From: Polyangiaceae bacterium
GTDB lineage: Bacteria > Myxococcota_A > Polyangia > Polyangiales > Polyangiaceae
Length of the DNA: 12,443 bases
NCBI GenBank assembly: GCA_050287085.1
Contig: JBNKBE010000041.1
Location: 1-12,443 of the forward strand
Direction: 5' to 3'
Positions within the stretch are counted from its first letter, which is position 1, and each line of letters starts with the position of its first letter. A program made the translations under genes and the position numbers. This document shows, piece by piece, positions 7,929-12,443 of this stretch. A model generated the notes under the pieces. The model was not told the origin of the DNA. It saw nothing but the letters and a program-made list of their open reading frames with translations, and did not search any database.

Positions 7929-8402
7929 CTACTCTGTTGAAGCGGCCGGTCGCTGGTGGGGCCACCCTCGGTCGTCCACGTCGTGGACGGGATCCAAAGC
8001 GAGGTAGTCTTGCATGTCATCTAACGTCTCGAGGATCGGAGGTGCGAAGTCCGACTCGGGCCCCACTGACACTGCGTCCTCCTCTGGGGTGCCTTCCCAA
8101 CACGTGATGAGCTCTTGTTCCAACAGCGAATGGATGAACGCTTGGATGTCACTCGTTGCGTCCGGGACGAACGCCGCGCAGATTCGTTCGACGCTGAGCC
8201 CGCGATCCAGCCACTCCCAGATTTGCACCCCACAGCCCTGAACCCCGTGGTAGCGCCCCGTCGCAAAGTTGATGATGACAAGCTCGCCGTCGATCAGCTG
8301 CTCCGACACCTGCGGTCTGGCGATCCGGAATTGACCGTCAAGACGCCTTTGTCGACCGACATCCGAGTTGCATGCTCGATCTTCTGAGACCTCGACCATC
8401 AC
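7929..8402 (-). CDS. PqqD-family / RiPP recognition element (RRE) protein with acidic linker and C-terminal peptide tail
   Basis: Residues about 25-100 fit the RRE pattern: VSEQLIDGELVIINFATGRYHGV (three strands), GVQIWEWL, SVERICAAF and DIQAFIHSLLEQELI (three helices). The tail is FAPPILETLDDMQDYLALDPVHDVDDRGWP.... The start is GTG 8402 or ATG 8399 and is uncertain. Confidence 0.85.
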   Translation of the reverse strand: MMVEVSEDRACNSDVGRQRRLDGQFRIARPQVSEQLIDGELVIINFATGRYHGVQGCGVQIWEWLDRGLSVERICAAFVPDATSDIQAFIHSLLEQELITCWEGTPEEDAVSVGPESDFAPPILETLDDMQDYLALDPVHDVDDRGWPHQRPAASTE

Positions 8403-8467
8403 GCGAGGGATCTACTGCAATCGCTTTCAAAATGCACCCGGGTCATTTGATTAGTCGCCGTCAGCGG

Positions 8468-8497
8468 GCCCCCGACCGGGGAGACCCCGTCGAAGGC
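8468..8497 (-). promoter_or_regulatory. GC-rich hairpin in the divergent intergenic region, upstream of the pqqD-like gene
   Basis: The minus strand reads GCCUUCGAC-GGGG UCU CCCC-G-GUCGGGGGC: 13 bp including two G-U pairs and one bulge. Function is unknown. Confidence 0.35.
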
Positions 8498-8681
8498 ATT
8501 GACCCAAACCAGGTGACTAGAATGTGACGAGTGCTGGTTGTCCTACGGACGAGCTGGGAACAACTGGCGGTTGCAGCGCCTAGGAAAAGGTGGTTGGGTC
8601 TCGACGGTGAATCACGTTCAAGGAGCGTCTAGTCTGCAGCTCGCCGACGCACGCCCGTTTTCGGTGGGCTAGCCACAGCGG

Positions 8682-11069
8682 ATGAAGCGTCGGGGGTGTT
8701 CATCGTCCAGTCATCGAGGCGCGGTGTTGCTTCTCGTGGCGGTGTCCAGCTTGGGGCTTCTGGCGCGCACCGTAGGGGTTTGGCGGGTCGTATTCGACGG
8801 CGACGTCGTGCGGCTGCTGGGCGCCGACTCGTACTATCACTTGCGCCAGGCCCTGTTCTGTGTGCGGCATTTCCCCGAAGTCCAACGTTTTGATACCGGG
8901 ACAAACTTTCCGCTTGGTGAAAACAACCACACTGCAGGGCTCTACGATTGGTTCAGCGGTTTCGTTGCGTTGACGCTCGGTGCTCGCGGTGCCCCGGATG
9001 AAGCGATCGTGCCGTGGGTGCTGTCACTCTCTGGCCCCATATTTGCCATGCTGGCTTTCGCTGGTCTGCTCCTGCTGGCAAACCGGGTTTTCGGGTATCG
9101 CTCTTCCGTTTGCACGAGCCTGCTTCTCGTTGCCTATCCCGGCGAGTTTCTGGAAAAATCTAGTCTTGGGTTCGCAGATCACCATGTGCTCGAAGTCTGT
9201 TGCGTGGTGTGGGGCCTGCAGGCTTGGACGAGGCTTTCACGCCGAACGGGGGCAACGGGAGCCTGGCGTCCTGCTGTGTTGGCAGCACTCCCTTGGTGGC
9301 TGCTCGCGTTGAGTTGGAATGGAGCGCCGCTCTATCTTGCAATCTTGCTGGGATCGGTGGGCGCCTCAGCCGTTTGGCGCGCGGACGCGGACGCGGACGC
9401 GGACGCGGCAGCGCGAAGGGCATTGCTGGCAAGTGCTAGTCTCGCCCTCGGCCTTGGGACCCTCCTACTGCTCCCCGGTGCCGTGCCGTGGGTTGAAACC
9501 CATTGCTTCTCCGTCCTCATCTCACTGGGATTAGCCCTTTGGGTTTTGACGTGGCCGCGCCTCGCCCCGCTGCTGCCGCGCAGCTCCTTTGCTCGATGGT
9601 CCTTGATGGGCGGTCTTGGCGGCGCTGCGTTGCTAGGCCTGTCCTACTCAGCCCCCGAAGCGTTCGCCCTCGCTTTTTTGCCCAAGACAGCGCTGGTGGC
9701 TGAACAAGCGAGCCCCACTTTACTCGAAATTTGGGGACTGCTCGGACCTTCCCCGGTGCTGGCGCTGTGGGCGTTTGCGGGCTCCTTGGCGGCAAATCCC
9801 AACCGGCACGCAGAGGCCCGGGTGTTCGTGTGTGTGTTCGCACTTGCGGTCGTGCTGCTTTGGGTCGTCACGGGGGACTATGGGTATCTTGCCGCGGTAT
9901 TGGTCGCGCTCCTTGGGGGCAAGGGGCTGAGCTCGATCGTTGCTGCCGTGAGCCAACGCGCTCCACGTCTTGCGCCGATTCGCAACCAAGCGCTGGCCTT
10001 GCCGGTGATGTTGGGTGCGTTCGCGCCCCTTGTAGAGCCATGTTTCCTAGATCCCGCTGCGGCGAAAGCCATGCTGATGGTGGACGACGCGTGGGCCCAG
10101 GCCCTGCGCTGGGTCGAGAGCAACAACCCTGGGCCGAACCTGGACACGCTCAGCGAAGCGAAACCCGGTGCCGATTTCGACTATTCCGCGGGACCGCCTG
10201 GGATCCTGAGCATGTGGGACTACGGCAACGCGGTCGCCGCTCTTGCGCGCCGGCCTGTGGTGGCGAGCCAAAGGACATCGTGGCTCGCCTCGGATGTGTT
10301 CCTCGCCACGTCGTCCGCGGAAGCGTTGCGATTGCTGGCCCACCGCGCCAGCCCTGGGGAGTCGGTGAGTCACGTAATAGTGGACTCGCGGACGATGACC
10401 ACCGGATTCGTCGGCCTCCTGGGAATCGCGCATCGGAGCTCAAATGAGTTCGTCTCGATCTCGCAAGACGGGCGACCCCGCTTCGATGAGCGCTTCCACC
10501 GCACACTTGGAGCACTGCTACTGGAGCGCGGGGGATCGACGGTGGGCAGGTTTCGTTTGGTCTACGACTCGCCCCAGCAAGACTATGTCTTTCAACGGGG
10601 GTATCGATCCCAATCCGGAGAACTTCTTGTCCAGCTGTCGCGCGCGGCTGCTGGTTCACCCGGCCAGAACGTTAGCTTTTCGGAGGCCCTCGCGGCTGTG
10701 GGAGTCGAGCACAACCCGGCGACCTACGACGAGTTACTGGTACCGAGGGTCCGAGTTTTCGAGGTCGTCCCCGGCGCCGTTTTGGTGGGTCAAACCTCGC
10801 CAAAGGCGATCGTTCACGCCATTGTGGGGGTGCGCGGGCAGGGGCTGCCACGGCGTGCGATTGGGTATTCGGCTGACGCCGACGACACAGGGGCGTTCAG
10901 AATCCAGGTCGCGCAGGCGACGGGCACAACAACAAGCGATACTGTCCGTACCGATTCGTACTACCAGATCTTCGTGCAAACCGCCTCTGGCAATACGCCA
11001 TGGATGCGCGTGCGGGTTCCGTTGAGCGCCGTTCTCGAGGGGCGCGAGCTGTCACTCGCTTCGCCCTGA
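8682..11069 (+). CDS. STT3-family oligosaccharyltransferase, archaeal AglB-like
   Basis: GADSYYHLR, FDTGTNFPLG, GFADHHVLE, many hydrophobic helices, LVAE (TIXE-like), SMWDYGN (WWDYG-like), FRLVYDS and VRVFEVVPGA, followed by a beta-rich C-terminal domain as in long AglBs. Confidence 0.88.
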   Translation: MKRRGCSSSSHRGAVLLLVAVSSLGLLARTVGVWRVVFDGDVVRLLGADSYYHLRQALFCVRHFPEVQRFDTGTNFPLGENNHTAGLYDWFSGFVALTLGARGAPDEAIVPWVLSLSGPIFAMLAFAGLLLLANRVFGYRSSVCTSLLLVAYPGEFLEKSSLGFADHHVLEVCCVVWGLQAWTRLSRRTGATGAWRPAVLAALPWWLLALSWNGAPLYLAILLGSVGASAVWRADADADADAAARRALLASASLALGLGTLLLLPGAVPWVETHCFSVLISLGLALWVLTWPRLAPLLPRSSFARWSLMGGLGGAALLGLSYSAPEAFALAFLPKTALVAEQASPTLLEIWGLLGPSPVLALWAFAGSLAANPNRHAEARVFVCVFALAVVLLWVVTGDYGYLAAVLVALLGGKGLSSIVAAVSQRAPRLAPIRNQALALPVMLGAFAPLVEPCFLDPAAAKAMLMVDDAWAQALRWVESNNPGPNLDTLSEAKPGADFDYSAGPPGILSMWDYGNAVAALARRPVVASQRTSWLASDVFLATSSAEALRLLAHRASPGESVSHVIVDSRTMTTGFVGLLGIAHRSSNEFVSISQDGRPRFDERFHRTLGALLLERGGSTVGRFRLVYDSPQQDYVFQRGYRSQSGELLVQLSRAAAGSPGQNVSFSEALAAVGVEHNPATYDELLVPRVRVFEVVPGAVLVGQTSPKAIVHAIVGVRGQGLPRRAIGYSADADDTGAFRIQVAQATGTTTSDTVRTDSYYQIFVQTASGNTPWMRVRVPLSAVLEGRELSLASP
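9381..9408 (+). repeat. In-frame hexamer microsatellite (GCGGAC)x4 plus GCGG, encoding ADADADADA
   Basis: Read directly from the sequence; lies between two hydrophobic segments of the STT3 protein. Confidence 0.9.
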
Positions 11070-11110
11070 GGCGAACGAGACTTGGTGGCAGGCCTGCTGA
11101 GCTCCAAGGT

Positions 11111-12443
11111 CTACAGCGCCGTGTTGACGGGTAGACCGAGATAGGTGCAGCCGGGCGTGAGCCGCAACGCCTGGCGCGGGTTGGGCAAATCGGTCCGATT
11201 GGCGATCCATGAAAACCAGAGTTCTCCGTGGGACTCGCTCAGTTCCCCAAAATCGGTCGACGAAAATTCGTCCACCGGTGGTGCGTCCAAGAATAGCGAC
11301 GCGGGCTCGAACGCCGATCCGTCAAAAGTCATGACCTTGGCACCGAAGGGGTAAAGCAATCCAAGATGCAACTCCCCGTCCTCTGTCATGAGGAGTTGCC
11401 GCCCCGTGGCGACCGGGCTCGTGCCGTCATGGAGGATGTCAAACTCTGGGATGACCTCCGTTATTTCGCCCTCGGCGGAGACATGCGCCAGGGTTTGAAA
11501 GGGGCCGCCAAGAAAGCTTGCGCGCTGACGGTCCTCGAGGACCCAGACCCCGCCGTCATCGTCTACGGCTGCCGTCGACGCCAAAATGGGGAATTCATCG
11601 TCATCGATGGTCAGGCTCAGGAATCCGTCTTCCGGTACCCATGCGAGTGGAGCCCCGTCTGTATCGTGGCCGGTGAGCAGTGTCGCGTTGACCGCAGTCG
11701 TGATCCCGCTTCGCGGATTCGTGGAGATCGAGTACCCCAGGGGTCCTCCTAGGCCCGCTTCGCCGAAGTAGGTCATGCGTTGGAGCAACTCCCCATCGGT
11801 GCTCACGCGCATGCTGAATACGCCTTCGTCGTATGCATGCAGGGCAAAGGCCTCGCCGTCCCACTGCACGTCGGTGAGCACGGCAGTTGCCGGTACGACG
11901 CCGGGGTAGACCGCCACCTCGATCGCCGCTTCGGGATCATCGACGTCGCCGACGAGTGCGGCAATGGGGACCGTTCGCGCTTCCTCGTCGAACCACGAGT
12001 AGGCGATGATGAATCGCCCGTCAGGAGAAATGGCCGCCCCCTCCACGCGTTGATCTGCTGCGTCGACGTGTGCAGGGAAGACGTCGAGCTCTCGTTCCAC
12101 CATTTCACCAGTCTCTAGGGAGAACGTCTGGATCAGCGGGTACAGCCGGTGCCAAGAGGTCCGGGATGAGCCTTCGGGAATGGGGAGCACGTACGCGACC
12201 GCGGAGACCAGATGTAGGGAGTCTCTGCTGCGCATCGTCCCCCCCGGCACCCGGCTGAACGCCAACCAGCTTCGGCGTGGGTCCCCGTTTTTGGGGGGCG
12301 GCGCTGCAAATCGAGCGCAGTCGCCGTCCAGCATGGCGGTCGGATACGAGGCGTCCGTTGCGTCATCGTCCGTTGCGTCATCGTCCGTTGCGTCATCGTC
12401 CGTTGCGTCATCGTCCGTTGCGTCATCGTCCGTTGCGTCATCG
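11111..12443 (-). CDS. Hypothetical acidic, beta-rich (possibly propeller-like) protein with Asp/Thr-rich N-terminal linker; 5' end outside the window; probably exported
   Basis: The 11111..12334 frame stays open to the window edge and reads (DDATD)x6-ASYPTA-MLDGDC.... Blade-like segments include AAISPDGRFIIAY, DVQWDGEAFAL and VDDDGGVWV. Confidence 0.75.
   Translation of the reverse strand, partial: DDATDDDATDDDATDDDATDDDATDDDATDASYPTAMLDGDCARFAAPPPKNGDPRRSWLAFSRVPGGTMRSRDSLHLVSAVAYVLPIPEGSSRTSWHRLYPLIQTFSLETGEMVERELDVFPAHVDAADQRVEGAAISPDGRFIIAYSWFDEEARTVPIAALVGDVDDPEAAIEVAVYPGVVPATAVLTDVQWDGEAFALHAYDEGVFSMRVSTDGELLQRMTYFGEAGLGGPLGYSISTNPRSGITTAVNATLLTGHDTDGAPLAWVPEDGFLSLTIDDDEFPILASTAAVDDDGGVWVLEDRQRASFLGGPFQTLAHVSAEGEITEVIPEFDILHDGTSPVATGRQLLMTEDGELHLGLLYPFGAKVMTFDGSAFEPASLFLDAPPVDEFSSTDFGELSESHGELWFSWIANRTDLPNPRQALRLTPGCTYLGLPVNTAL
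12352..12443. repeat. Perfect 15-bp tandem repeat CGTCCGTTGCGTCAT, at least 6 copies, running off the edge
   Basis: Six identical units span 12352-12441, followed by CG. They encode DDATD on the minus strand in frame with the 11111 gene. Confidence 0.95.

Noticed and set aside
4412..8402. Canonical lasso peptide or PQQ biosynthesis cluster
   Set aside because: No lasso cyclase, B2 peptidase, pqqA/B/C/E or radical SAM gene is present in the window.
8499..8523. Sigma70 promoter TTGACC...TAGAAT for the OST gene
   Set aside because: The spacer is only 13 nt. TAGAAT alone may be a -10 element but cannot be supported from sequence.
8403..8681. Free-standing precursor peptide in the intergenic region
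   Set aside because: I saw no small ORF with a ribosome-binding site and a leader-like motif on either strand.
9731..11025. 238-aa and 193-aa alternative-frame ORFs inside the OST
   Set aside because: They are Arg/Gly/Ser-rich shadow ORFs typical of high-GC DNA, and the main frame keeps STT3 motifs throughout.
11070..11110. Bidirectional intrinsic terminator between convergent genes
   Set aside because: Only a GCAGGCCTGC palindrome and CTTGG/CCAAG arms are present, with no U-tract on either strand.
12352..12443. CRISPR array, or a multi-core RiPP precursor (MTQRT)n
   Set aside because: The units are head-to-tail with no spacers. The repeat is in frame with the long 11111 gene as DDATD, and the MTQRT frame continues into non-protein-like sequence.

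Overview
GC-rich bacterial glycan-biosynthesis locus. A Myxococcota/deltaproteobacterial origin is an inference from composition and protein style, not established. A tightly coupled minus-strand operon (8402 to 4412) encodes a PqqD/RRE protein with an acidic C-terminal tail starting with an FxxPxL leader-like motif, an HprK-like kinase, two single-domain GT2s and an NTP_transf_5-type nucleotidyltransferase. One plus-strand GT4 interrupts the run. The minus strand then continues with a GT4, a frameshifted GT10 fucosyltransferase-like gene and a TylF/MycF/NovP sugar O-methyltransferase. The 600-aa ORF in the track (257..2059) is a chimera of the last two. Divergent from the operon is an archaeal AglB-like STT3 oligosaccharyltransferase with a degenerate WWDYG motif. 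Converging on it is a gene cut off by the window edge, with a (DDATD)n repeat and two N-x-T sequons. The best candidate for an undescribed system is the RiPP-like RRE-peptide/kinase/nucleotidyltransferase cassette, which lacks a lasso cyclase and peptidase in this window and is embedded in protein-glycosylation machinery. All family calls come from motif recognition by eye; no searches were run.
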